This document shows, piece after piece, positions 18,989 through 29,603 of a stretch of 50,127 nt of DNA. The translations under genes and the position numbers were made by a program. The stretch spans positions 1 to 50,127 of the forward strand of contig JBEAQQ010000121.1 in assembly GCA_041163785.1 (NCBI GenBank), in the 5' to 3' direction. A model generated the notes under the pieces. That model did no database searches and was not told the DNA's origin. It saw nothing but the letters and a program-made list of their open reading frames with translations. This DNA comes from Pseudomonadota bacterium. GTDB lineage: Bacteria; Pseudomonadota; Gammaproteobacteria; Pseudomonadales; JAHEIH01. Every line of letters starts with the position of its first letter. Positions within the stretch are counted from its first letter, which is position 1.

Positions 18989-21900
18989 ATGGGTCAATAT
19001 CGCTCAGCCGTCAGTGCGGCCAAAACATCCTTAATGCTTTTACTCTTGAGTACCTGTCTCGACGTCGGGGTCCTGACGCTCGCCTATCTAGGTACTCAGT
19101 CGTCGTATAGCGCCACGACCTTTGCCTTGTTAGCAGGGGTGCCGACAGTATTACTGGCCTTGCCTGCCGCTAAAATGAGTGTTTTTTGGTCGCCAGAGCG
19201 CACCGTTCGTCGCGCAGCGCTGTGGGCTATCCTGGGGTTGGTGGCGGTCACCGTCGCAATCGAATTCGCCCCGGCCTTAGTCTTGCCTGCCTTTGCTTTG
19301 TACGCCTGCCGTTTGGCGTTCAACTGGCCATCCATTTTGCTCATTGTACAGCGACAGCAGCGCCATTGGTCGGTGGCTACGGTGATTGCTATGCGTTTGG
19401 CGATCGGTGTGTGCGCCGCGACCATCGGTTATGCCTTGGTCAATTATTTGTTTTTCAGCATGGGTTTGAGCGCTATCTTGCTAGCTTTGTTAGGCCTTGC
19501 CCTAATGCAGTTGTGGTTGGCGTTGCGCAGCCCAGAGACGCAGCAAAGCCAACCCTTGCCATCGTTGTCTGCTTGGATCGATGCCGAGTCGTATCGCCGA
19601 GGTTTTGCCCATTTGCCGCCGGCTTTGCGAAGCCGTTTAACCGCCATTTTGCTGCCCCAGGGGGTGCTGGTGTTGTTGGCCATTTTTGCCGTTCAGGCCA
19701 TGCGCTACTTATCGGCGAACCAGTTGGCGGAGGTGGAAGTGAGTGGTGTGGGTTACACCGCGGCACTGGGGTTATTGCTTGGCGCTCTGTTGAGTGCGCA
19801 CCGTCACCGTGATTTTGTTGAAACCAGTAGTTTGCCGTTGGGGCTGCTAACGTTGTTAGGTGCTTTGGCATTATCGCTGGTGGTGTCCTCGTCGTTCGGC
19901 TACCACGTGGTGATTCTCGCCGCGGCCTGTGGAGCTATGATGGCCTTAATTAGTCTGCGCGCGCTGGGTCGGGTGAAGCAAAGCGAGCAAACCAGTGCGC
20001 TAATTATGCAGTTGGAAACGGCCACCATCGCCCTTGCCACGGTGTTGGGTATTGCGCTGCATCTTCTGGTATTGCAAATCAGCGATTCGCCGATCTTGGC
20101 CTTCGTCATCGCTCTGGTGTTGGTGACCATTTCCTTGCTGCAGTTATTATTCAGACTGCCGTGGTCGATGGCGCGCATGTTGATCGCTGGGCTCACCTTC
20201 ACGCGCCATAATATTTATGTCCAAGGCAGTGACAACATTCCCCTAAGTGGCGGCGTGTTTCTGTTGGCAAACCACATTTCTTGGCTGGATTGGGCGATTA
20301 TCCAAGTGGGGTGCGCGCGCCGTATTCGCGTATTGCGCCCCGTCGGTGCGCCCGAGCGCGGTTTGGTGAAATGGTATTTTCAGCGCACAGGGGCCATTTA
20401 TATCAATGTTGCTGACCCGGGTGAGGACGATGTCGAGCGGGTGGCGAAGGCGCTCAATGATGGCGATGTCGTTCTGGCCTTCCCCGAGGGTACCACCAGT
20501 CGTACGGGGCATATGGGGGTATTCAACCGAGAGTTCGAACGCGTTTGCCAGCGGTGCAACGACGATGTTGTGATGATGCCGGTCTACTTGTCGGGGATGA
20601 AGGATGGTGAATCCACTGGCTTGGCGAGTTTTATTCGTGGCTCGAATGCTTCGACAGGGCATCGCGATCAGATCCTCGCCTACGGCCAACCGCTATCGAT
20701 TCATACCAGTGCGGATTTGGTGAAAAGGCGCGTTTTCGATCTTTCTATCAGTTCTTGGGAAAACTACCTTTCCAACCTGCCTACGGTGGGGCAAGCATGG
20801 TTGCGCACAGCGAAGCGTTTGGGTCATCGTATGGTGATCGCTGATACGCTGGCGGAACCCTTGAGCGCCTATCGCGCCATGACCGCGGCGATAAGCATGG
20901 GACGTGTTATCGCTAAAACGAGTCCCGAGCAAAATATCGGTGTGCTCATGCCTACGAGTGCTGGTGGAGCCCTGGCCAATATGGCGATTGCCCTGCAGGG
21001 CAAGACCATTGTTAACCTCAATTACACCGCTAGCGTTGAGGCGCTCTGTGCCGCGATTGATGAAGCCGCCTTGGGGACGATCTATACCTCCAAACTGTTT
21101 TTGCATCGCTTGATGCAACGTGGTATCCACTTGGACGAGGTGTTGGCCAAGGTCAATGTGGTTTACCTTGAGGATGTAAAGGCTTCTCTGTCTAAGTGGG
21201 TGTTGCTGCCCACCTTGCTCGCGGTCATGTTGTTGCCCACCCGGATAGTTATCGCGTTGTTTAATAAGGGTACAGACCCCAATGCAACGGCCGCCATATT
21301 GTTCTCTAGCGGCAGTGAGGGTAAGCCCAAGGGCGTGATGCTCAGCCACCGCAATATTATGGGCAACATGAAGCAAATTTCCTTGGTGCTCAATGCGGGT
21401 GAAAGCGATGTGGTGATGGCGTCGCTGCCCTTGTTTCACGCCTTTGGCTTAACAGCGACGATGTTCTTGCCTTTGATCGAGGGCATGCCGATGATCTGTC
21501 ACGCCGATCCCACCGATGCGGTAGGGGTGTGTCAGGCTGTTGCCAAATATCGCGCCACGCTGTTGTTTGGGACGTCGACGTTCTTCCGTTTGTACACCCG
21601 CAGCAATAAGGTGCATCCCCTCATGCTCGAGAGTTGCCGTCTTGTGGTGGCCGGGGCAGAAAAGCTTTTGCCCGAAGTTAGGGCGGCTTTCGAGCAGAAA
21701 TTTAATCGCCGCTTGCTCGAGGGATACGGTGCGACCGAGACCACGCCCGTGGCAAGCTGCAATTTACCCGACGTGCTCGATACCCACTACTGGTCGGTAC
21801 AAGTGGCGGGCAAGGTTGGCACGGTGGGGATGCCACTGCCGGGTACGAGCTTTAAAATTGTCGATCCCGAGAGCTTTGAGGAACTGCCTAGTGGCGAGGC

Positions 21901-22384
21901 TGGCATGATCTTGATTGGCGGTTTGCAGGTGATGCAGGGTTACCTAAACAACCCCGAGAAAACCGCCGAGGTTATCAAAGAGATTGAGGGCACGCGCTGG
22001 TATGTGACCGGTGATAAGGGCTGGATTGACGACGATGGCTTCCTGACCATTGTCGATCGCTATTCTCGCTTCGCCAAACTGGGGGGTGAGATGGTTGGCC
22101 TGGGGCGCGTGGAGAGTTACGCCAAAGAGGCCTTGGGTGGCGGTGATATTGTGGTGATTGCCGTCAATGTGCCCGACGAGAAGAAGGGTGAGAAAATTGT
22201 CTTGCTGTGCGATGCTGAGGTAGATTTGCGAGCGCTGAAAAAGGGCATGACCCAGGTGGGCGCTAGCCCATTGGAAATTCCTAGCGAGGTCTTCACTCTC
22301 ACAGAAATGCCCCTATTGGGCTCGGGTAAAACCGACTTCACCAAAGCAAAAAAGGTAGCGTTAGCATGTCTCAATCAGAAGTAG
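18989..22384 (+). CDS. aas: Tripartite fusion: LplT-like polytopic membrane domain, PlsC-type acyltransferase and acyl-ACP/acyl-CoA synthetase (Aas-like)
   Basis: The N-terminal ~400 aa are polytopic and hydrophobic. The acyltransferase motifs are NHISWLD (HX4D) and FPEGTTS. The adenylation motifs are LFSSGSEGKPKGVMLSH, GYGATETTP and TGDKGWIDDDGFLTIVDR. The start is placed at the ATG at 18989 (RBS AGAGG). Confidence 0.8.
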   Translation: MGQYRSAVSAAKTSLMLLLLSTCLDVGVLTLAYLGTQSSYSATTFALLAGVPTVLLALPAAKMSVFWSPERTVRRAALWAILGLVAVTVAIEFAPALVLPAFALYACRLAFNWPSILLIVQRQQRHWSVATVIAMRLAIGVCAATIGYALVNYLFFSMGLSAILLALLGLALMQLWLALRSPETQQSQPLPSLSAWIDAESYRRGFAHLPPALRSRLTAILLPQGVLVLLAIFAVQAMRYLSANQLAEVEVSGVGYTAALGLLLGALLSAHRHRDFVETSSLPLGLLTLLGALALSLVVSSSFGYHVVILAAACGAMMALISLRALGRVKQSEQTSALIMQLETATIALATVLGIALHLLVLQISDSPILAFVIALVLVTISLLQLLFRLPWSMARMLIAGLTFTRHNIYVQGSDNIPLSGGVFLLANHISWLDWAIIQVGCARRIRVLRPVGAPERGLVKWYFQRTGAIYINVADPGEDDVERVAKALNDGDVVLAFPEGTTSRTGHMGVFNREFERVCQRCNDDVVMMPVYLSGMKDGESTGLASFIRGSNASTGHRDQILAYGQPLSIHTSADLVKRRVFDLSISSWENYLSNLPTVGQAWLRTAKRLGHRMVIADTLAEPLSAYRAMTAAISMGRVIAKTSPEQNIGVLMPTSAGGALANMAIALQGKTIVNLNYTASVEALCAAIDEAALGTIYTSKLFLHRLMQRGIHLDEVLAKVNVVYLEDVKASLSKWVLLPTLLAVMLLPTRIVIALFNKGTDPNATAAILFSSGSEGKPKGVMLSHRNIMGNMKQISLVLNAGESDVVMASLPLFHAFGLTATMFLPLIEGMPMICHADPTDAVGVCQAVAKYRATLLFGTSTFFRLYTRSNKVHPLMLESCRLVVAGAEKLLPEVRAAFEQKFNRRLLEGYGATETTPVASCNLPDVLDTHYWSVQVAGKVGTVGMPLPGTSFKIVDPESFEELPSGEAGMILIGGLQVMQGYLNNPEKTAEVIKEIEGTRWYVTGDKGWIDDDGFLTIVDRYSRFAKLGGEMVGLGRVESYAKEALGGGDIVVIAVNVPDEKKGEKIVLLCDAEVDLRALKKGMTQVGASPLEIPSEVFTLTEMPLLGSGKTDFTKAKKVALACLNQK

Positions 22385-22587
22385 TGCCGGGCTTATACGT
22401 TCACTATAAAGGGGGCGAGTACCGCGTCGAGGAAACGGCTATTCACAGTGAAACCCTTGAGCCCATGGTGGTGTATCGCCCTCTCTATGGTGAGGGTAAG
22501 CTGTGGGTACGGCCGGCGCCGATGTTCCATGAGACGGTAGAGGTCGGCGGCAAAACCGTTAAGCGCTTTACCCGTATTGGCGATTAA
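22366..22587 (+). CDS. DUF1653-family small protein
   Basis: It has the family-typical pattern YVHYKGGEYRV...HSETLEPMVVYRPLYG...WVRP..MF. It overlaps the aas stop by 19 nt. Confidence 0.7.
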   Translation: MSQSEVVPGLYVHYKGGEYRVEETAIHSETLEPMVVYRPLYGEGKLWVRPAPMFHETVEVGGKTVKRFTRIGD

Positions 22588-22654
22588 TCTTCCCGCAAAG
22601 GCTGCTATTGAGGCGTATGCGCGCTAAAATGACGTTTTTTTCTGAGAGCTGACC

Positions 22655-23887
22655 ATGAGCAAGCAGGGATTCACCACCACGATTCTTCATTCTGATCGCC
22701 GCAAGTCGGTCGAGCACGGCGCCTTGCACAAGCCGGTGCACACCTCGGTGGCTTATGGTTACAGCCAATCTCGCCAAATTGCTGAAGTATTTCAAGGTAC
22801 GCAAAGTGGCTATACCTACGCCCGACAAGTGAACCCCACGGTCACCGCGTTAGAGGATAAAATCACGGCGATGGAGGGCGGCTTAGCCACCACCTGCTTT
22901 TCGACAGGTATGGCGGCGATCACGGCCTTCTTGTTTGCCTTGCTGAAAGAAGGCGATCACTTCGTCGCGAGTAAGTTTTTATTTGGAAACTCTAACAGCC
23001 TATTTAACTCGATGAGCAAGTTCGGTATCGATGTCACCTTTGTCGATATTACGGATACGGCTGCCGTCGCGGCGGCGATTCGCCCGAATACTAAGGCCTT
23101 GTTTGTGGAAACCATCGCCAACCCCTGCACCCAAATCGGTGATCTCGGTGCCATTGGTGATTTATGTGAGGCCCACGGCATCGTCTACATCGTCGATAAC
23201 ACCATGACCTCGCCCTACCTGTTTCAGCCGAAATCGGTGAAGGCAAGCTTGGTGGTTAATTCGCTCACTAAATGTGTGGGCGGCCACGGCGCGGCGCTGG
23301 GCGGTGCGATCACTGTCACAGGTCTCTACGATTGGTCGAACTACGACAATATTTTCGATGGCTATAGAAAGGGCGATCCACGCCTGTGGGGCATGGTTCA
23401 GATCAAGAAAAAGGGCCTGCGTGACACCGGCGCCACCCTCTCTCCCCAGGCAGCCCATTTGTTAGCCCTGGGGGCGGAGACACTGGCGCTGCGTCAGGAG
23501 CGCTCATCGTCGAATGCCATGGCCTTGGCGAAGTATTTCGAGGCGCACCCCAAGGTGAACCGAGTGTTTTACCCCGGTCTTGCGAGTCATCCGCAAAACG
23601 ATTTGGCGGCTAAATATTACCGGACACCCGGTTTCTTGATGAGTATTGAGCTGCACGACAGCATTAACTGCTTCGATTTCTTGGATGCCCTTGAGGTGGT
23701 GGTGATCTCAAGTAACTTGGGTGATAACCGCACGCTAGCCATTCCCGTGGCGCACACTATTTTCCACGAAATGGGCCCGGCGCGCCGCACTGATATGGGC
23801 ATCACCGATGGCACTATTCGCTTCTCGGTAGGTATCGAGGATATCGATGATTTACTCGCCGACTTTGAGCGCGCCTTCGCCAGCTAG
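22655..23887 (+). CDS. Cys/Met-metabolism PLP-dependent enzyme (O-acyl-homoserine sulfhydrylase, MetY/MetZ family)
   Basis: It has the PLP-lysine motif NSLTKCVGGHG, YARQVNPTV, and a MetY-type insertion (YDWSNYDNIF). It is 410 aa. Confidence 0.8.
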   Translation: MSKQGFTTTILHSDRRKSVEHGALHKPVHTSVAYGYSQSRQIAEVFQGTQSGYTYARQVNPTVTALEDKITAMEGGLATTCFSTGMAAITAFLFALLKEGDHFVASKFLFGNSNSLFNSMSKFGIDVTFVDITDTAAVAAAIRPNTKALFVETIANPCTQIGDLGAIGDLCEAHGIVYIVDNTMTSPYLFQPKSVKASLVVNSLTKCVGGHGAALGGAITVTGLYDWSNYDNIFDGYRKGDPRLWGMVQIKKKGLRDTGATLSPQAAHLLALGAETLALRQERSSSNAMALAKYFEAHPKVNRVFYPGLASHPQNDLAAKYYRTPGFLMSIELHDSINCFDFLDALEVVVISSNLGDNRTLAIPVAHTIFHEMGPARRTDMGITDGTIRFSVGIEDIDDLLADFERAFAS

Positions 23888-24294
23888 ATTGTTGGCATTG
23901 GCCGCTGCTCGGTCATGCGCAGTCCGCCTCTAACAATGCGGTAGAGCACCCACAGCCCGGTGGCCAGCATCATGGCAAACGCGATGGGAAAGCCAATGAT
24001 GGTAATGAATAATAAAATGGCGATCACATACCACAGCGCGGCGTACCAAAAGGTTCTGATTTGCCAGCTGAAGTGGCTATCTAGATAGGTGCCAAACGTA
24101 TCGTCGCGATAGATATAGTTGAGTACCACAGCGATAATAGACGGCCAGCCCGTTAAAAAAGCGGTGACTACAAACGCTGAGCTCAATACGCCAGTGATAG
24201 CGCTGAACAAATGCAGACCGTAAATAACATAGGTCAGCGTGACTAGGCGTGACTCGGGTTCTCGTATAATCAGGCTGTCGGTGGGGTTTTCCAT
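23884..24294 (-). CDS. Small integral membrane protein of unknown function (about 4 TM helices)
   Basis: It is hydrophobic and helical throughout. Conserved-looking segments are YVIYGLHLFSAITG and SHFSWQIRTFWYA. I cannot assign a family with confidence. Confidence 0.6.
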   Translation of the reverse strand: MENPTDSLIIREPESRLVTLTYVIYGLHLFSAITGVLSSAFVVTAFLTGWPSIIAVVLNYIYRDDTFGTYLDSHFSWQIRTFWYAALWYVIAILLFITIIGFPIAFAMMLATGLWVLYRIVRGGLRMTEQRPMPTI

Positions 24295-24385
24295 GACTTT
24301 TCTCTGTGGTTAACTACGCATAAGACGCTGTGAACATACCTTATAGATGCGGTCACAGCCAGAAATTTCAACCTTTGGATGCGGC

Positions 24386-25366
24386 ATGGATTCACGCGAG
24401 CTCGTTACATTGTTGGCCGATGGTCGTGTATACACGCTCGTCGAGTTGGCCCAGCAAATGGATAGGACGCTTCCCCAGTTAGAGGCTTGCCTAGCGTCTT
24501 TGCCCGCTCTGGGGGTTAAGGTGTTGCAGGCCGAGGGTAAGGTGCAATTGGCGCGCCCCATCGAATTGCTCGACGCTAGCCTCATTGGACGATTTTTGAG
24601 CCCGACAGCGCGCCAATACCTGCGGCAAATTCACTGCGAGTGGGTGATCGATTCAACCAACCAAATGGCGCTGCGAGGTATTGCGCAGGAGCGCTATCAC
24701 GGCCATGTCTATTTGTCCGAGATGCAGACCGCGGGTCGTGGGCGACGAGGCAGGCAGTGGGTGTCGCCCTTTGCCGGCCAGGTTGCGATGAGTATTGTCT
24801 GGCAGTTGCCGCCGAATACGCCGGATATTAGTGCCCTGAGTCTGGTGGTAGGGGTGGCGGTTTGTCACGCATTGCAGGGTCTGGGTATCCAAGGCGTTGG
24901 CTTGAAGTGGCCTAACGATCTGCTCGCCCAAGGCAAAAAATTGGGCGGCATCCTACTCGAGATGCAAGGGGACCCGCAGCAGCAATGCCATATTGTGATG
25001 GGGATTGGTCTCAATGTGGCGCTACAAGATACTCCGCTACACAGCATTGATCAGCCCTGGATCGATTTGCTTTCCCTGCAGCCCAATCGGGCCATGTCCC
25101 GCAATGAGGTGGTGGCGAGTGTCCTACAATCCCTTTTCGATTGGCTGGTGCGCTTTGAAGAACAGGGTTTTGCCGCGATAAGGCCGGCTTGGCAGGCGCT
25201 AGATGTTTACGCGGGCGCAGAGGTGATGGTTCAACGCGGCGAGGAATACATTTTTGGCACGGCCGCAGGGGTTGATGACAGCGGGGCGCTGTGCCTCGAT
25301 ACGTCCTCGGGTCGACAAACTTTCTATGGTGGCGAAGTCAGTTTGCGCCCCAAGGGTACCTTATGA
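24386..25366 (+). CDS. birA: Bifunctional biotin-[acetyl-CoA-carboxylase] ligase / biotin operon repressor
   Basis: It has an N-terminal wHTH region, the biotin-binding loop GRGRRGRQW and KWPNDL. I chose the ATG at 24386. Confidence 0.85.
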   Translation: MDSRELVTLLADGRVYTLVELAQQMDRTLPQLEACLASLPALGVKVLQAEGKVQLARPIELLDASLIGRFLSPTARQYLRQIHCEWVIDSTNQMALRGIAQERYHGHVYLSEMQTAGRGRRGRQWVSPFAGQVAMSIVWQLPPNTPDISALSLVVGVAVCHALQGLGIQGVGLKWPNDLLAQGKKLGGILLEMQGDPQQQCHIVMGIGLNVALQDTPLHSIDQPWIDLLSLQPNRAMSRNEVVASVLQSLFDWLVRFEEQGFAAIRPAWQALDVYAGAEVMVQRGEEYIFGTAAGVDDSGALCLDTSSGRQTFYGGEVSLRPKGTL

Positions 25367-26097
25367 GATTGGAATTCGATATCGGTAATACTAATCACAA
25401 GTGGCGCATTGTCGATGATTCGGGTGTTTTGCTGCGCGGCCATTTTGCCAATCACAGCGATGGCTTAAATGGGGTTCCCTACCAAGGGGTAGAGGAAGTT
25501 TGGGTCGCCTGCGTGGGCAGTGACACGCTGTTGGTGCGGTTGATCGACTGGGCGCGTGATCACAATTTGCCTGTGCAGCGCGCGTTGGTGACGGCGGAGT
25601 CCGCGGGCGTGGTGTGTGCCTATGCGGCGCCTCATCGCTTGGGGGTTGATCGCTGGCTGGCGGTACTCGCGGCCTACCATCAATACGGCGCCAGTTGCGT
25701 GATCGATATCGGCAGTGCCATGACGGTAGACGTGGTGGATAGCGATGGCCAGCACCTAGGGGGCTATATCGTACCGGGGTATCAATTGCTGCTGAATGCG
25801 CTGCTTAAAGATACGGATAAAGTGCGCTGGGCGGACAGCGAAGTCGGTGACGATGTATCGCTCGCACGCGATACGGGTAATGCGGTCGTGGCGGGTGCCA
25901 AGTTGATGCTTGTGGGGTTTGTCGAGCAGGTGGTGAAGCGCTTGCCGATTGAGCCTGTGCAGATAGTTTTTACCGGTGGCGGTGGTGAGTTGCTGCGCGA
26001 GGCGTGTCAGCAAGGCGCTATTCAGCAAGGCGCTATATGGCACGAGGATCTCGTTTTTGAGGGTCTTGCGTGGGCTTATCGAGAGACCTTACTTTGA
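25363..26097 (+). CDS. coaX: Type III pantothenate kinase
   Basis: The N-terminus is LEFDIGNTNHKW, with DRW and IDIGSAMTVD motifs. Its start overlaps the birA stop in ATGA, and birA-coaX is conserved synteny. Confidence 0.85.
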   Translation: MRLEFDIGNTNHKWRIVDDSGVLLRGHFANHSDGLNGVPYQGVEEVWVACVGSDTLLVRLIDWARDHNLPVQRALVTAESAGVVCAYAAPHRLGVDRWLAVLAAYHQYGASCVIDIGSAMTVDVVDSDGQHLGGYIVPGYQLLLNALLKDTDKVRWADSEVGDDVSLARDTGNAVVAGAKLMLVGFVEQVVKRLPIEPVQIVFTGGGGELLREACQQGAIQQGAIWHEDLVFEGLAWAYRETLL

Positions 26098-26369
26098 GAG
26101 TCGTTCTAGCCATTGTGATCGCCGTGCTAGGCAACCTGGCACTGTATTTTTACCTGCAACAATTCCCCTCGTCGAATCTCGCTCAGGCACCGGAGCAGAA
26201 CAGCCCCATTATTGTCGTGAAATAGCGCAAATTAGCCCTCTGCATCGCTCCCATTATGTCGTTAAGGTTGCTATGATAGGGCGCAAATAAAAGCCTGCGC
26301 ATGGGCACAGTCCTTAAGGACTCTCCGTTAAGAGTTCGCAATATAGGGCTCTCTATTTAGGGAATTGAT

Positions 26370-28634
26370 ATGACAGATCTCATCCAGATGAGTGCTGATG
26401 GTGTAGAACAGCTTTCGTTGAAGCAGTACACCGAACAAGCCTATCTCAACTACTCCATGTACGTGATCTTGGACCGCGCCTTGCCGTTTGTTGGCGACGG
26501 CCTTAAGCCCGTACAGCGGCGAATTGTCTACGCCATGTCAGAGTTGGGATTAAAGGCGTCGGCGAAGTACAAAAAATCTGCCCGCACCGTGGGTGATGTT
26601 ATCGGTAAGTTTCACCCGCACGGAGATTCTTCGGTCTATGAGGCCATGGTTATCATGGCACAGGACTTCAGCTACCGTTATCCCTTGATTGATGGTCAGG
26701 GTAACTGGGGCAGCAGCGACGATCCTAAATCGTTCGCGGCCATGCGTTACACCGAATCACGTTTGACGCGTCACGCCGAGTTACTGCTGAGTGAGCTCGG
26801 TCAAGGCACGGTAGATTGGGTGCCCAATTTTGATGGCACGATGGATGAGCCTAAGTTCTTGGCCGCGCGAGCGCCTTCGGTATTGCTCAACGGTACCACG
26901 GGTATCGCGGTGGGTATGGCGACAGATATCCCGCCGCACAACCTGCGCGAAGTCGTACAGGCTACCTTGCACGTGCTAGACAATCCCAAGGCCGATGTAG
27001 AAGAGTTGATGCAATTTGTGCCGGGTCCGGACTTCCCCACAGCGGCGGAAATTATTACTGGTCGCAAAGAGCTGTTGGAGATTTACCAAACCGGTCGAGG
27101 CAGTATTAAGTGCCGCGCGGTATACAACATTGACCAGGGTGAGATCATCGTCACTGAGTTGCCCCACCAGGTATCAGGCGCCAAAATTTTGGAGCAGATC
27201 GCGGCGCAAATGCAGGCGAAAAAACTGCCCTTGGTGGCCGACCTGCGCGACGAATCAGACCACGAAAACCCGACGCGTCTGGTGATTGTCCCGCGTTCCA
27301 ATCGTATCGACTTCGAGGGTTTGATGGCGCATTTATTTGCCACCACCGACCTTGAAAAGAGTTACCGCGTCAACATGAACATGATCGGTATCGACGGCCG
27401 TCCGGGTGTAAAAGATTTGGCGCAAATCCTCAAAGAGTGGGTGGCGTTTAGAACGGAGACCACTACCCGTCGTTTGAACTACCGCCTTGAAAAAGTGCTG
27501 CATCGCTTGCACTTGTTGGACGGCTTGCTGGTGGCCTTCCTCAACTTGGACGAAGTGATCGAAATCATTCGCACTGAAGATGAGCCCAAAGCCGTGTTGA
27601 TGGCGCGCTTTAACTTGAGTGAGATCCAGGCGGATTACATTCTCGATACACGCTTGCGCCAGTTGGCCCGTTTGGAAGAAATGAAAATTCGCGGTGAGCA
27701 GTCCGAGCTGGAAAAAGAGCGCGATGATTTGCAGGCGACCTTGGAATCACCGCGCCGCCTGAAGACGCTGTTGAAAAAAGAGTTGGCCGCGGTAGGTGAA
27801 GAGTTTGGTGACGATCGACGCGCCCCCTTGGTGGAGCGTGCAGAAGCTAAAGCCTACAGCGAAATCGATCTGATGGGCGCCGATCCTGTCACAGTCGTTA
27901 TGTCAAAAATGGGTTGGATTCGCGCCGCGAAAGGCCATGATGTCGACCCCGCTGCACTGAGTTATAAGTCGGGTGACGACTACAATTTCTCGGTCAAGGG
28001 CAAGACCAATCAGCCGGTGATTATTTTGGATAGCACTGGACGCACCTACTCCATTGCCTCGCACTCGCTCCCGTCGGCGCGAGGACAAGGTGAGCCAGTG
28101 ACCGGTAAAATCAACCCGCCTGCGGGTGCACAATACATCGCCGGTCTGATGGGCAAGGACGATGATTTGTACCTCATGTACTCAGACGCGGGTTACGGAT
28201 TCGTGACAAAACTGGATGAACTGCAATCGAAGAACAAGGCGGGCAAAGCGGTATTGAGCCTCCCCGCGGGTGGCCGAGTGAAACCGCCGGTGCCTATCAC
28301 AGCCTCGGATGATGCCTTTGTGGTGTGCGTGAGCAACGAGGGTCGTATGCTAGTCTTCCCGCTTAAAGACCTGCCGGTGATGGCGCGAGGTAAGGGTAAT
28401 AAGATGTTGGGCATTCCCTCGGCACGGGTGAAGGAGCGCGAAGAGTACGTGATCGGCGCTCAAGTCCTGACACCCAACGATGTGCTTGTGCTGCACGCCG
28501 GCAAGCGCCACTTGTCACTCAAGTTCAGTGAGATGGAACACTACATTGGCGAGCGTGGTCGCCGCGGGCATAAGCTGCCGCGCGGTCTACAAAAAGTTGA
28601 CCAATTAGAGGTGCAGCGAGGCGACGCCGAGTGA
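26370..28634 (+). CDS. parC: DNA topoisomerase IV subunit A
   Basis: It is colinear with E. coli ParC as recalled ([42 protein letters not shown] with the catalytic Tyr, [19 protein letters not shown]). The 754-aa length fits ParC rather than GyrA. Confidence 0.95.
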   Translation: MTDLIQMSADGVEQLSLKQYTEQAYLNYSMYVILDRALPFVGDGLKPVQRRIVYAMSELGLKASAKYKKSARTVGDVIGKFHPHGDSSVYEAMVIMAQDFSYRYPLIDGQGNWGSSDDPKSFAAMRYTESRLTRHAELLLSELGQGTVDWVPNFDGTMDEPKFLAARAPSVLLNGTTGIAVGMATDIPPHNLREVVQATLHVLDNPKADVEELMQFVPGPDFPTAAEIITGRKELLEIYQTGRGSIKCRAVYNIDQGEIIVTELPHQVSGAKILEQIAAQMQAKKLPLVADLRDESDHENPTRLVIVPRSNRIDFEGLMAHLFATTDLEKSYRVNMNMIGIDGRPGVKDLAQILKEWVAFRTETTTRRLNYRLEKVLHRLHLLDGLLVAFLNLDEVIEIIRTEDEPKAVLMARFNLSEIQADYILDTRLRQLARLEEMKIRGEQSELEKERDDLQATLESPRRLKTLLKKELAAVGEEFGDDRRAPLVERAEAKAYSEIDLMGADPVTVVMSKMGWIRAAKGHDVDPAALSYKSGDDYNFSVKGKTNQPVIILDSTGRTYSIASHSLPSARGQGEPVTGKINPPAGAQYIAGLMGKDDDLYLMYSDAGYGFVTKLDELQSKNKAGKAVLSLPAGGRVKPPVPITASDDAFVVCVSNEGRMLVFPLKDLPVMARGKGNKMLGIPSARVKEREEYVIGAQVLTPNDVLVLHAGKRHLSLKFSEMEHYIGERGRRGHKLPRGLQKVDQLEVQRGDAE

Positions 28635-29578
28635 GGCTTGTCGGCGCACCGCAGGAAAGACCTGAAGCCTACCGCTGGCGCTGGTCTTATCTGGGGCCTA
28701 AATATTGGCCGATGTGGCTGTGGTTTGCTGTCTTATGGTTGGTGGCAAGACTACCACTGCCTCTGGTGCAAGGCATTGGCAAGGTGATTGGGCGTTTGTT
28801 TTTCGCGCTGGCCAAGAGTCGCCGTCGGATTGCGCTACGCAATCTTGAGCTGTGTTTTCCTGAAAAATCTGCCCGTGAACGCGAAGCGATTGGCCGGCAA
28901 AGCTTTGAAGGCATGGGCATGACGCTGTTCGAGTCGGGCATCGTTTGGTGGGCATCGATGTCTCGCATGCGGCGTCTAACCCACGTCGAAAACGTCGAGG
29001 CCCTTGAGCGCGCCATGGCGACCGGCAAGGGTGTCATGATGGTGGGCATCCACAATACTTGTTTGGAAATGGCCTACGCGGCGATTGCGTTTCAAACCGG
29101 GTTCAGCGCCATTTACCGTATTCATGACAATCCTATGTGGGAGTGCATTTCCGGTTGGGGACGCCTGCGTTACAAGATTGGACTCATCGGTCGTAAAAAT
29201 GTTCGCGCCTTTATCGATGCCTTGCAGCGTCGTGAGGTGACGTTGATGGTGCCCGACCAGGACCTCGGCAAGCGTCGCGCAGAGTTTGTGCCATTTTTTG
29301 GTATACCCACCGCCTGGGTGACCTCGGCCTGTGATATTCCACAACAAGCCGATGCCACCGTAATATTTGTTACGGTGCGCCGACAAAAAGGTGGCAAAGC
29401 CCCCTATTTAATTCGTTTTGATGAGCCCCTCGACAACTTCCCAAGCGGGGATAAACACGCCGATATGGCGCGTATCAGTGCATTGACCGAACAGGCGATT
29501 CGTATTGATCCGACGCAGTACCTCTGGGCGCATCGCCGCTTCAAAAGCCGTCCCGACGGCGACCCCGATCTTTATTAA
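28631..29578 (+). CDS. lpxL: Lipid A biosynthesis lauroyl acyltransferase (LpxL/HtrB family)
   Basis: It is colinear with E. coli LpxL as recalled ([29 protein letters not shown]). The GTG start overlaps the parC stop. Confidence 0.85.
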   Translation: MRLVGAPQERPEAYRWRWSYLGPKYWPMWLWFAVLWLVARLPLPLVQGIGKVIGRLFFALAKSRRRIALRNLELCFPEKSAREREAIGRQSFEGMGMTLFESGIVWWASMSRMRRLTHVENVEALERAMATGKGVMMVGIHNTCLEMAYAAIAFQTGFSAIYRIHDNPMWECISGWGRLRYKIGLIGRKNVRAFIDALQRREVTLMVPDQDLGKRRAEFVPFFGIPTAWVTSACDIPQQADATVIFVTVRRQKGGKAPYLIRFDEPLDNFPSGDKHADMARISALTEQAIRIDPTQYLWAHRRFKSRPDGDPDLY

Positions 29579-29603
29579 TTGCATTGGCAAAATGTATAAA
29601 TTG

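Noticed and set aside
20693-21439. 248-aa ORF on the minus strand inside the aas-like gene, plus similar long antisense or out-of-frame ORFs at 19186-19812, 33259-33786, 41523-42065, 47635-48114 and 47859-48392
   Set aside because: Each lies wholly within a gene whose own frame shows strong, motif-level family identity (Aas, GlgA, GH3, PilB). Their translations are Arg/Gly/His-rich low-information sequences typical of shadow ORFs in GC-rich DNA. I saw no RBS or start context worth noting.
25291-25362. Upstream start for coaX, and similarly 24347 for birA, 18929 for aas and 3813 for cytochrome b561
   Set aside because: The downstream ATGs give N-termini that match family norms and have better RBS or overlap geometry. 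The longer versions overlap upstream genes or lack an RBS.
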